From Neoconidiobolus thromboides FSU 785 (Eukaryota > Fungi > Entomophthoromycota): a stretch of DNA of 64,000 nt. Positions 26,560-37,651 of this stretch are shown piece after piece. The translations under genes and the position numbers were made by a program. Position 1 is the first letter of the stretch; each line of letters opens with the position of its first letter. Location of the stretch: NCBI GenBank assembly GCA_025603075.1, contig MU626264.1:158531-222530 (forward strand). The letters run 5' to 3'. Under the pieces are notes generated by a model. It was not told the DNA's origin and did no database searches. It was given only the letters and a program-made list of their open reading frames with translations.

Positions 26560-28230
26560 TGATAATACTAAACTTAATTTGCAAATATTGCAACCAACAG
26601 TAGGATTCTTTATATGCCTAAACATAGAAATAAGTACAGTATCAATAAAACAACAATATAAAAAATTTACACTTGAGTGGCAGCAAAGTTAGATTACATT
26701 TGTAAAATTTACTATATGAGGATGTATTTTTGTGTTTAAGAATTTTACTAACAAATTTTCTGCTTAAATAGTGCTTAAAAAATGGAAAAAATAATGAAGT
26801 CAAAAAAAACACTCCCATTTCATGATCCTGTATATTATGTTAAACTTCTGAATCTTCAGCAGCTCTCTTTAATGCTTTTTGGCCTTCTTTTTCAGTTATT
26901 CATTCAGATGGTAATAAAATTAAAACTCAATTAGCTTTGTAAATCTTTTTAATTTCATTAGTATACTTTCTATCGACATCATATTGTTCTACTTCGCAAA
27001 TTTCAATATGTTTGCCATAATCTTAAAAATTCAAATATGGTTTCATGTAAATAGGCTTTGACTAAAAATTCATGTTAACATTATTTGTATCAGAAGTAAA
27101 ATAAAGCTAGTTATTAAAAGTTGAATCTAATCTAATAAGTACCACAATCTTTTATAGGCTCATGAAAAACCATTAATTTAGTATAACAAGCTTTACGATT
27201 AGAATAGCAACTTGGATCCTTTTCAATTCTCTTAATGACTTCAGTATAATGTTTAGCAGCTTCCAAAAAGTTACTCTTTGAATTTTTCTTTTTCTTTTTC
27301 TCTTGTTTGATTAACTAAATCTAGGTTATAATAAGCTTCCTTTTATTTAACCGATTAGCTTTTTCAGCCTGAAATTCTATGTTAATTCAACATCATTAAA
27401 TTACTAACTATATTTTCTTCTTTGAGTCGGTAAGAATACCAGCAGTACAATACTCAGTAAGAGACATATTGAAATATTTGATAACCTTATCTAAATCATT
27501 CCTTTTTACATAAACATTACCAATACAATCAAAAACTCTAATAAAGGTTAAACACATAAATTTAAAATTAAATCCATAAACCTACTTTGCTATCAGTTTA
27601 AAGTCGGCACGATGTTCACGCCCAGTTTCAGCTGCCTGCTCATATACTTTAAACATTCATTGTATTCTTTTATTTCAAATAAAACAGCCACAAAATCATG
27701 TTAATCTCATACTTTTTAGCTGATATAGCAAAATTACCAGCTTTGTTAATAAGGATAGTAATATTAGTATTTTCAAGTGCAAAAGTGTTATTGAGACAAG
27801 TTAAAACTTGACTAAAATTATGTTTTTATGAGCTTGAGATTCAACATCCTTTTCTTTAAAGGCCTCATTCTTTTCAATATTTTTTTAGTCAATTATTTAA
27901 CTCCCTTAACTATTAGTTCTGGTTCTGGTTGCCTTTTTGGTCCTTCTTTTGGATCAGATAGGCTAGATGCTTCGTCTGCTTGATCAGCTACTGATGGTGG
28001 CACAAATGGATGTTAGTGCCTCCACCACTTATCATGACTTTTATATCCATTAAACAAAACATAATATTCATAATACGGGAATCATTCATATATATACTAA
28101 GTTGTATATTAATGTCAGAACTGGATAATATTGTATTAGAAACTATCATGACAATAAAAAAATACTTTTTGAGATAAAGATCTAGGATCCTGTATTTAAT
28201 TAACTTATGAATAATTGGCTATATCTAATT
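26560..28230 (-). pseudogene. STI1: Decayed STI1/HOP pseudogene (DP1-TPR2A-TPR2B-DP2), intron-retaining, MITE-disrupted
   Basis: Manual minus-strand translation: NDSRIMNIMFCLM (DP1), GREHRADFKLIAK and IGNVYVKRNDLDKVIKYFNMSLTE (TPR2A), KHYTEVIKR..CYSNRKACYTKLM (TPR2B), KRAAEDSEV and HIKNPTV (DP2); many stops and frameshifts. Confidence 0.85.
26715..26819 (-). mobile_element. GGGGATG-family MITE copy 7, inserted in the STI1 pseudogene DP2 region
   Basis: TATGAGGATGTATTTTTG...CACTCCCA; removing it rejoins QDHEI**ILQM. Confidence 0.85.
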
Positions 28231-29711
28231 TTATGCAAAAATAAACTTTAAAAACGACAAGCATCTAATTCAATACTTTGTTATTTTTCCAATATCTTGT
28301 TGCAGAATTGTGGGTAGTTAGAAACCAGCCAATAAAAATACATCAAAGTCATTATATAATCGTCACCATTTCATAGTCAGTATCTATCTTTTTGTACTTA
28401 AGTACTTGATATACCAAGCCACCTGTTGTCTAAATGGCGAAGAAGGTTTAAAAGGTTATACGATCTATACAGGCCTCCAAACTGAGTAGCCAGATTTACA
28501 AGAAGAATACCGACTTCAATGCTATAAATCAACAGAATACTTTTGATATGCTTTACTCTATTTTACTTTCAAAAGGAGTTCTATTGAGCTATTTCCTCCT
28601 CCGAACTCTATCACCACAAACCAACTCCTTTTAATCCCAAGCCTTAATAATTTACTCAATAGCCCTTCAGTTTTTGAAGGTACAAATAATATCACTGGGA
28701 TTTTTCATATCAACCCTACAAGAACCTTGACTACCAACCCACTGGAAATAGCCAAAAACCAATAGTACCTAAAAACTAGCCTCACAAACTAAAAGCCCCA
28801 ACTATAAATTCTAGTAATAATAATAGAGTCTTAGTTGTAAATTCCGTTGAAAATGGTCAAAAAGTAATATAGGGAAATTACCCGACAAACCAAAGCTACC
28901 TACCTTAGATAAAAACAATATATCTGAAGCTTTGCTCATAGCCTTTACCAGAAATCATCAACAGCCAACATCATCCAAAAATTCTCATCATAAACCAAAA
29001 CCTTTAATTTCAAATTGTAATAGCGCTATTGAAACCTTAGCTACTAACTCCACTAATAACGAGCAACATTCAACGATATCTAGAAAATAAAAAAAACAAA
29101 CACATAACTAGTAAACATAAAACAAAAAGATTCTTTGAAAAAAACAAACTTATTGGAGTAAAATTGATGCTATTACGGCTAAAATTAATTGCAAAAAAGA
29201 TATTTTAGAATATATAAATTATGTTATTGACACTTATAGAAAACTCAGTTCAAGAGTATCAAACTATATTGGTAATAAGATCTTAATTAACTAATTTGTA
29301 AGAAATTCAAAAAATAGAATCATCAAAAAGCAAAATACTGGTAATGACAATAACACTGACAATAATAATATCAATGATAATAATGTAGATGAAAATAATA
29401 ATAGTATTATTTTTTGGTTATGTCTTCCATTTATCTTTTGGTCTTTTTTACCTTTGTTCTTTTTTTGTTGTTTTATTTTTACTTCACCTTCACATCCTTT
29501 TATTCCTTCATTTTCTTTTCAACTTTCTATCTTTTTTTATTTAATTCATATCCTTTAAATTCTGCCCTAACTATTCAATAAAATTAAGATTTATTTTAAA
29601 AATTATTAAACATATATACATCAATTTAAAAAACAAACTAACATTAGTAATGTTATGATACAAATAGCATTTAAAATAGCTTTACCATTGTATGTATAAT
29701 TTTTATTGTAA

Positions 29712-30050
29712 TTATTTTTCCAAATATTTCTCCAGATCATAACCCAACGTTTCTAAGTCTTTAATGGTTTCTTCAGGTTCAGCCGAAGATTGTAAGTCAA
29801 ACATTTGGTGGAATCCAGCTTTAGTAATGAAACCATTATCATCAATATCGAAATACTCTTCGATCTCTTTTAATTCTTCTTTACTGAATGGTTTACCATT
29901 TAATTTGACAGAAAATGCTTGCAGTTCTTCGCTATTCAATACTCCATCTTTATCTACATCAAAACTTTCAAAGACTTCTTCTATTAAATCGGCTATACTT
30001 TCTTTTAAATATCCTTCTTCATCTAATATTTCATATTTCAATTCACTCAT
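29712..30050 (-). CDS. Small EF-hand protein (112 aa)
   Basis: Acidic intronless ORF with EF loops DVDKDGVLNSEE and DIDDNGFITKAG; divergent from proteasome beta4. Confidence 0.85.
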   Translation of the reverse strand: MSELKYEILDEEGYLKESIADLIEEVFESFDVDKDGVLNSEELQAFSVKLNGKPFSKEELKEIEEYFDIDDNGFITKAGFHQMFDLQSSAEPEETIKDLETLGYDLEKYLEK

Positions 30051-30213
30051 CTTTTATATAAACTTAGACTATAATTTTTAATATAAAATTAGTTTTTTAA
30101 CATTTGCAAAAAAGTAGTTGATTTGCTACAATTATTTGCAAATTAGAAACGTCATCTTAGAAATTAGAAAAAAGCACAAACCAAGCAAAATAGCTTTATT
30201 CAATTCAATTATA

Positions 30214-30860
30214 ATGGAAGTAGTTGTAGGCCTTGTTGGAAAAGATTTCACTATATGTGGTGGAGACACTACAGTAATTAGATCCATTACTGTATTAAAA
30301 TCAACTGAACCAAAATCACGTATCCTTAATAAACATAATGCCATTTACTTTACTGGAGAATCTGGAGACACTGTTCAATTTGCCGAATTTATTCAAAAAA
30401 ATGTTCAACTTTTTCATTTTACTAATAATGGTGAAGATCTTACTACCCCCCAGGTCGCCTCTTTTACTCGTCGCCAGTTAGCCGAATCTTTACGTTCTAG
30501 AGTAATTAATTTTACATAATTTATTATTTATTTTTAATCTATGATATAAAGAATCCTTACCAAGTAAATAGCTTGATTTCAGGCTGGAGTAAAAAAGACG
30601 GGCCAAAACTTTATTGGTTAGATTATTTAGCAAGTAGTGAGTCAGTAAAGTTCGCTTCTCATGGTTATGGAGCTTTTTATTTAATGTCATTATTGGATCG
30701 CTATTATAAACCAGATATGGAATTAGAGGAAGCTAAAGAAGTGATCAAGAAATGTCTTTTGGAATTAAAGACTAGATTTATTATCAACTTTAGCAACTTC
30801 AAATTTGATGTAGCAGATGCTAATGGAATAAGAGAAATTGAAATTCCCCTTTCAAGCTAA
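30214..30860 (+). CDS. PRE1: 20S proteasome subunit beta type-4 (beta-4/PSMB2), 2 exons
   Basis: GESGDTVQFAEFIQKNVQL, LAESLRSR|NPYQVN, LYWLDYLAS, HGYGAFYLMSLLDRYY; intron 30502-30551. Confidence 0.95.
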
Positions 30861-31530
30861 GTGTTTATTCTAAATGAAATAGTTTTTATTTCCTATATTT
30901 GTAATTTTTTTACGATTTTGTTTTGTTATAATTAGTTATTATAGAAATTTTTCCTAATATTAAAAAAGGGTTATAGTATAAAACTGTAACAGGAATATGC
31001 TCCAAAGTTTTAAATTTATATGTACTAATACAATAGACTTAAAGACCAAAAATGATAAAATATCACCATTACCAAAGAAAAATGTATTTTTATAATAATA
31101 GTTTTTTGTTTTTAGAAGTTAGAATATAGTAACTATATACGTACTACTGATATTAATTCTTTTGTCTTAAACTATACAAGAAGAAAATTCAATAAGGTAT
31201 AAATTTATAAATTTTTTTAAGGACCTTGAAAGAACCAATAAACTCTAAAGTTTTTATTTATGGGTGGAAAGTGAATGTAGTATTGCACTACAAGATAGGA
31301 AATAAAATGTGAATGTAGTAGAGGGTCCAATACAACTGCTCACTTTTTTGGTAAGTGTTCTGGTATTTCAGCACCTTCTTAAACTCCATTCCTTTAATGG
31401 TCTACATAAGGTTTTTCATTTCTGCAGAAGTTTAATTGATATTAAAAATTAACGATTTTTATATGATAAACCTTAAGTCTTAAATTACTTGCTAAGTTAT
31501 ATTAGTAAACATTAACTATTATATTTAATA

Positions 31531-31890
31531 TATGAGACTGTTTTTTATTTTCATTATTTTTCCATTTTTAAGCGCTATTTGAGTGGAAAGATTGTAGTAA
31601 AATTCTCAAATAAAAAAACACATCCCCATATAGTGATGTTTTTGGCTTCATCACTTTTTCCATTTTTTAAGCGATATTTGAGTGGAAAAATTAGTAAAAT
31701 TCTTAAATACAAAAATACATCCCCATATTGTAAAGTATCTTTAAACTTTTTAGAAAACAAATTTTCTAAGCATGTTAAATTAAGTATATGGGGATGTGTT
31801 TTTATGTTTAAGAATTTTACTAACAAATTTTCCACTTAAATAGCGCTTAAAAAATGGAAAAAGTGATGAAACTAAAAAAACATCCCCACA
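31531..31890. mobile_element. Three GGGGATG-family MITEs: head-to-tail pair (31531-31630, 31629-31727, +) and an inverted copy (31787-31890, -)
   Basis: The tandem pair shares one TA; all three have the AAGCG(C/A)TA core and CATCCCCA termini. Confidence 0.9.
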
Positions 31891-33331
31891 TGGTATTTTT
31901 AGCAATATCAACTTTATTTTGATTATACATGCATGTTGGACGGTTTGATTTATTTAAGATAGTTTGAGCATTTCAAGAATATCGATATATAGAATATTTA
32001 AAGAAAGTTTCGAGGTTTAGAAGATATGGGGACACTTTGACAAGCTATATAGACTTCTCACTACTTTGAAAGATAATACATATAGTACTTCTTTGACGAA
32101 CAATCCATTCTTCTTTTGTCAGACCAAGAATTCAAGTTTGAACCTTGACTGAAGAGAGGGAGTATCTCACCACTCACCTTTATCAATACTAATTGAAAAT
32201 GAAAGTACTTTGGACAATTTTTTAAAAAGGTGATGCTATTTTTTATTTCCATTTTTATTTATCTTTATGTAGCATAAAATTTAGAAGACATTGATATTAA
32301 AAGTTTGATTGGCAAAAGAACTATAGTTTTGTATTGTGTATACTAGATGTACACGAAACTCTTGTTGCCAAAAGGAATTACAAGGTTATCAATGCTTTTT
32401 ATACCTATTAAATATAAGACTACCTGGGTTAGCAGCTTCAAGGAAGCTAAAGTACGTTTAGCTAAAAGGAACTCTTTAACTTTTTAATAAATGGTTTGTA
32501 CAGTACAATAAATTTGAACTTTAAATTTTTATTATGCTTTATTTAATATTTTGATTATAACTTATAAATAGCTTAAAATCAAAATTGGTTATATTATAAA
32601 AGTTAACATGTTTTTAATATCAATCAAGTCATTGAGAAAAATGTGCTCAAAACTAAGACTAAACACTAAACACTCTTCTTCAAAACATAGTTTTGCTTTG
32701 ATAAAACTCTCCAATTTTAAGTTTAAAGTTGAAGTATTTTAAAAATAGAAACAGCTTTTATCAATTTTGATGTTGGAAGTTTTACTGATACTACAGTCGT
32801 TAAGTTTTGTATTTATTAAAAAAAATGTTTTTCAATATCACAAAATAAACAATTACAAGTTTAACCCATTTTAACTTCACTTTTATGTTTATTTTTATTT
32901 TTGATAAATTTCGATTTTCACTTGAAACGTTTGAGAAAAACATGTTAAAATTTTACTCTACTCAATCTAAAATTGGACAGAAAAAACTTGAGTAAGAATT
33001 AAAAAATTAAAAAATTGGGCGGTAATAGGTATAGGAAAAAGATAAAAAACAAAAAAGGTATTATTCATTACCATAGTATTCTTCTGTTTTAGTATTCATG
33101 AAACAATAAGGTAATTTTATTTGATTTATTTGATTTCTTTTAATTAAGTTTTTCTTTTTATTTCTTTTTTTAAATTTAAGAGTATTCAATTCAACTACAA
33201 TTTATTTTATCTAAAAGAAGGATAATAAAAGCAATTCGTATTATAATACCTTTTCATTTTCAATATTTTAAAAGCATTCAATTATAAAGAAAAGGAAGAA
33301 CGATATATCTTGTATTAAATACTCAGTTTAA

Positions 33332-36220
33332 ATGCTAGCTTCATTAATTAATCAGAATATAAATAACAAAATAAAGAATCCTATAGGGAAAAGGCTAAGA
33401 TCAAGTCAATTATTAAAGACAGCATCTCAGTTCTTTAATCCAACCAAATCTACGTCAACGAATACTAACACTAACTTAAGTGAAGATAGTACCAATGTTA
33501 GCATTGTTAAGACCGATAGAAATTTTTCGCTTGCTTATTTAATTGAAATGGAGTTAAAGTTTCAAACTGAGTTTGACGCTTTTTCAAGTGTAACCCAATA
33601 TAAAGTTTACAATAACCATGACTCATTTTTATAGAATATATTAATACCATGTCGTACGCTTGATATGCCAGATAAAGAATTGTTTTATTTAATTTTTGAT
33701 GCATTATATACTTTATCTGAACTACATCATAGCTTGTTATTAGTAAACTTATGTCAAAGTTATATTCATATAATACTAACAATCTGTTTAGAACTTGAAA
33801 AAATTTTCATTAGATATATACCCGTTATCCCAAAATATTTTGGTTGTTATTAAGAAAGCAGTAATTTTGATAAGCCATCAACATAATTGTAGACTAATAT
33901 TATACTTAGCTAAATGCCATGGAACCAACTTATAGAGCTTATACTTATCATTTATTTAAGGCTTATAAAATGTTAAAGAAAGTGCTAGAGGGAAATCATG
34001 TATTAAATTTATTTCCACAAAAATGCCATACATTAATGTAAAATTTCTAGGAAATTCCAGGTGAACAGTTAGAAATCTACATGTTTAGACCATTAGAGTT
34101 ACTGATGAGTTATAAAGTAGTATTACAAGTAAAATATTACTGATTTATTTGAAATATTAATGCTAACTTTAATAAATAGAAAGGAATGATTGAAGAACAA
34201 GAAACTAAAGATTTAGATTATTTACAAAGTTTGATACATCAATCAAAAACAGTTATTAATGCTTTTGAACAGATTTCCAAGCTAGAGAAAGAACTGAATT
34301 TAAAGAAAAAAGTAAGCTACATATTGTGATTTAAATTATACATATATTGTGACTTACTATTTTATTTAGAATATTACTTTAACGGATAAACATCGTACGT
34401 TATTACTAAAAAATAGTTTTGAAGTTGTTGATTTTAAATGGCTAAAAGATAAAGAGTATTTGAACTTAGATAAATTACATAAAATACAAGGGATACTTTT
34501 AAATGATAAATTTTTATTAACAACCTTAGAGCATTCATTGTATATCAACAATGAAAAGCAACATACTAATACACATGATATTGAGCTTATTACCATTTGT
34601 CATGATTTGAACCTTTTAACTATGGTACCCTTAAAATCTAGAGCTGGGGATCCATATGGTAGTAATCATTATTTAATACATTATTATCATTCTTAATTCT
34701 TTTAGGTAACTCGTTATTGATTACAATAAAAGGAAGTTTGGCTATAAAATTAATGGCAAACAATGCTGAGACAAAATGGAACTTTGTAAATAAGTTTAAT
34801 GAATTAAAGCCACAGAATTCAAGAGAAGTAGAAAGAACGTACTCTAATAATGAAGAGAGTGATACTAATAGTGAAGATAATAATTTAAGTAATGAAGATA
34901 AATCGTATTATAATGATACTATGAACTTAATTCGAAAAACATCCGCCAGCTATAAGCATGTTAAAGAAGAAATGGAGCTATGTCAGATCAATAAAATTCC
35001 AATCAAAGGAAACTTTACAAACAATGATAATGCCTTCAATTGTTTAAATAGGCTGTCGATGACATCCCCAGGGTTAACTTCGGATGAGTATGATATAAAA
35101 TCTCCATCAAGTAATATTTTTGCCTTCTTTTTATTATATAATTAATTGTATAGGTTATTTAGAAAACAAGGAGCCAATCAATCTGAAATACTTGCCAAGT
35201 CTACCTTCAAGTCAAACCACTACCACAGATTCTTCAACAGATCATTCTTCTCAAGCAAGTCTAAACTATGTTATGCAGGCAAAACCTGGATTTAAAGTTA
35301 AAGCAATGAGTGCACTAAGTTTGAGTTATATTAAAACAAACCAAAGTTCTAAAGAAGACGTTACCAGCGACCAATCTACACAATCAGATATTACAACTAG
35401 TAGTAATCTTATAAGCTCACGCTCTAGTTCAACTATAAATACAGACCTAAATGGAGTAAAGAGTAGCAAATTAGGGATTAGTAAATATCTTTCAACACCC
35501 TGTGGGTTATATGCATATTACGATTATGAATGGAAACTGTTAGATCAAAGTATAATTGAATTAAGGGAGTTAAATAAGCAAGCCAATAAATGTATAGTAA
35601 TATTTACCACATTAAAAGAACAGAAACAAATAATTAAAATAGCTTCATTAGCTAATGATAAATTAAACATATTACGGCTAAGCGAAGTTGAAGTAGAATT
35701 TTATTTACCAAATAAAGAGGCAAGGTATAAAGTAGTAATGTCCAATCCACAAGAAGCAGAAGAGCTAATCAATATTTTGTTTATGGAGCAAGAATTTATT
35801 AAGCTAAACAATAAAATTTGTTCCCCACTTTTAGAATTAGATGAAATAGAGTATGAACATGATTTAGTCAAGGAACATTATTTCAATAAGGAAAGTAGGG
35901 AGATAACATGTTTAGCTAATTTAAGTTTTAAACTATTTCAATTGAGGTTAGTGGACCATACTTGGTTTAAGATTGGTAAATGTCAGCTAGAAGTTTATAA
36001 AGAGAACAACAATATTAGATTGATAGTCAAAAACAATAAAAAAGGGAAAGAGAATGATATATTATTAAGTTTAAATCAAAGTGACATAAAAGTAGAACGA
36101 CTAAAAGCTAAGAAATTGATATTATATATATTGAACAAACACCATAATTCTTCTACCTTTCTACTAGATTTTAAATCTAAAGAAGTTACAGAGTCTTTAG
36201 CACATTGGTTAATATCTTGA
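33332..36220 (+). CDS. Multi-exon putative Dbl-homology/PH (RhoGEF-like) protein with C-terminal PH/RanBD-like domain
   Basis: Short GT-AG introns link LAYLIEMELKFQTEF..LIFDALYTLSELHHSLL..EPTYRAYTY..LEIYMFRPLELLMSY (DH-like helix pattern) to long terminal exons; family assignment by eye only. Confidence 0.55.
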
Positions 36221-36353
36221 TCCATAAAAAGTTAACACTAATTTATTTTTAATACTAATAAACATCAAAAGTATAAATTTTAAATTATATAAAACTTTGA
36301 TGTTAATGGATATTTTGATAAATTTTATTTATATTTGTTAGTTAATAAAGTGA

Positions 36354-37163
36354 TTATTTAGCAGTAAAGTAAAGAGAATAAAAAGTTTTAAAGACAGTTA
36401 AAGAAGCTATTGAGAAGAACAACGGGAAGCATATTGTAAGCCATCCATGGAGAAAAAGGGATATGGATAACGTTGGGAAGGGATTAGGTCTATTGTAATC
36501 TCCTATTGCTTTCCAAATATTTATACTACGATAGTAAATGGATTTTTTTGAAATTGAATTTAAACTTTCTTGATATTCCTTATAAAGCCCAGGTTCTAAC
36601 TCTGAAATTCTGTCTAATATTTTATCCAAATTCTCCTTAAATTTGATCATATCCTTATCATCAAGAAAGGAGGAATAGGGACGTTTACCTTTTACTTTAT
36701 CATTGTAGTAGCTACTAAATATTCTACTTGGTGCAAATTCACTACTATCATCGCTACTCGTTTGATTATTCATCTTCTCATTTTTTATCCCCTTTTCATC
36801 TGATCTTTTATCATCTTTATCTTCTATTAAACTTTTATTAATTTCAAAATTGCTTTTACTTTCAGTACCTTCAGCAACTGTATTTGTAGAATTTAAATTG
36901 GGTATACTAGAAGAATTGTTATTTGTATTACTGACCAGAGATGAAGTTTCATTTGAAATCTCTTTCCCGTTATTAGGATTATGTTTAAAGAATGTTGGAA
37001 GCTTGTCTGATAATGATTTTGCTTTAACACGAACCCAACTATATCCTGCGTCATCAGTTCTACCCTCTATCCTCTCTTCATTGTTTATTATACCTTGGTG
37101 AGTTTCACCTGCTATTTTACTTATACAAAGAGTATTAATAAAAATCAATAAGCTTAATTTCAT
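36354..37163 (-). CDS. Secreted or membrane protein of unknown function (269 aa)
   Basis: Signal-peptide-like MKLSLLIFINTLCISKIAG; Ser/Asn-rich middle; hydrophobic C-terminal segment. Confidence 0.7.
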   Translation of the reverse strand: MKLSLLIFINTLCISKIAGETHQGIINNEERIEGRTDDAGYSWVRVKAKSLSDKLPTFFKHNPNNGKEISNETSSLVSNTNNNSSSIPNLNSTNTVAEGTESKSNFEINKSLIEDKDDKRSDEKGIKNEKMNNQTSSDDSSEFAPSRIFSSYYNDKVKGKRPYSSFLDDKDMIKFKENLDKILDRISELEPGLYKEYQESLNSISKKSIYYRSINIWKAIGDYNRPNPFPTLSISLFLHGWLTICFPLFFSIASLTVFKTFYSLYFTAK

Positions 37164-37651
37164 GGTTAAGTTACAAAAAATGTTTAAAAAAAATTAATAG
37201 TTTCATGAAATTAATTACTACACTATATTCATAACTTTAGTAAGTGCAATTTTTTTTTCCGTAATCTTAAACAGTTTTTAATTAGAAGGATATGTGACGG
37301 TGAAATTATAACCTAATAATATTTGAGCATTAAATGGAATAGTCTACTTTAATTTGTCAATGGAAAGTTCTTTAATTTAAAAAAATCAACTTAGTGGGGT
37401 TCAATTTATTAAAATAGTTATTACTTAAAATAGAAAATTTAATAACCAAAATATTGTAATTAATATATTACTTAATGTATTGAATGATTTTATACTTGAA
37501 AACTATATTTTATGTTATATTAAATAAGCGCTTAAAGAGATTTATCAAAAATGCCAAACACTATGTAATATAGTTTAGTTTAGCTACCAAAATAAAATAA
37601 AATTTAGCAATTTCACAATATGATAATAAACATAAGTAAATTATTGAAGAT

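Noticed and set aside
26560-28230. TAA/TAG at Gln positions as a sign of a ciliate-type genetic code
   Set aside because: Intact neighbouring genes read through in the standard code and end in TAA/TAG; this locus also has frameshifts and a MITE, so it is decay.
31575-31839. ORF-track entries 31575-31835 (-), 31579-31839 (+), and 59674-59928 (-)
   Set aside because: They are translations of MITE sequence, not genes.
31531-31890. Clustered short repeats here and at 62.4-63.5 kb read as a CRISPR-like array
   Set aside because: Units are ~105 bp, dispersed, in both orientations, with no unique spacers or cas genes; they are MITE copies in a eukaryote.
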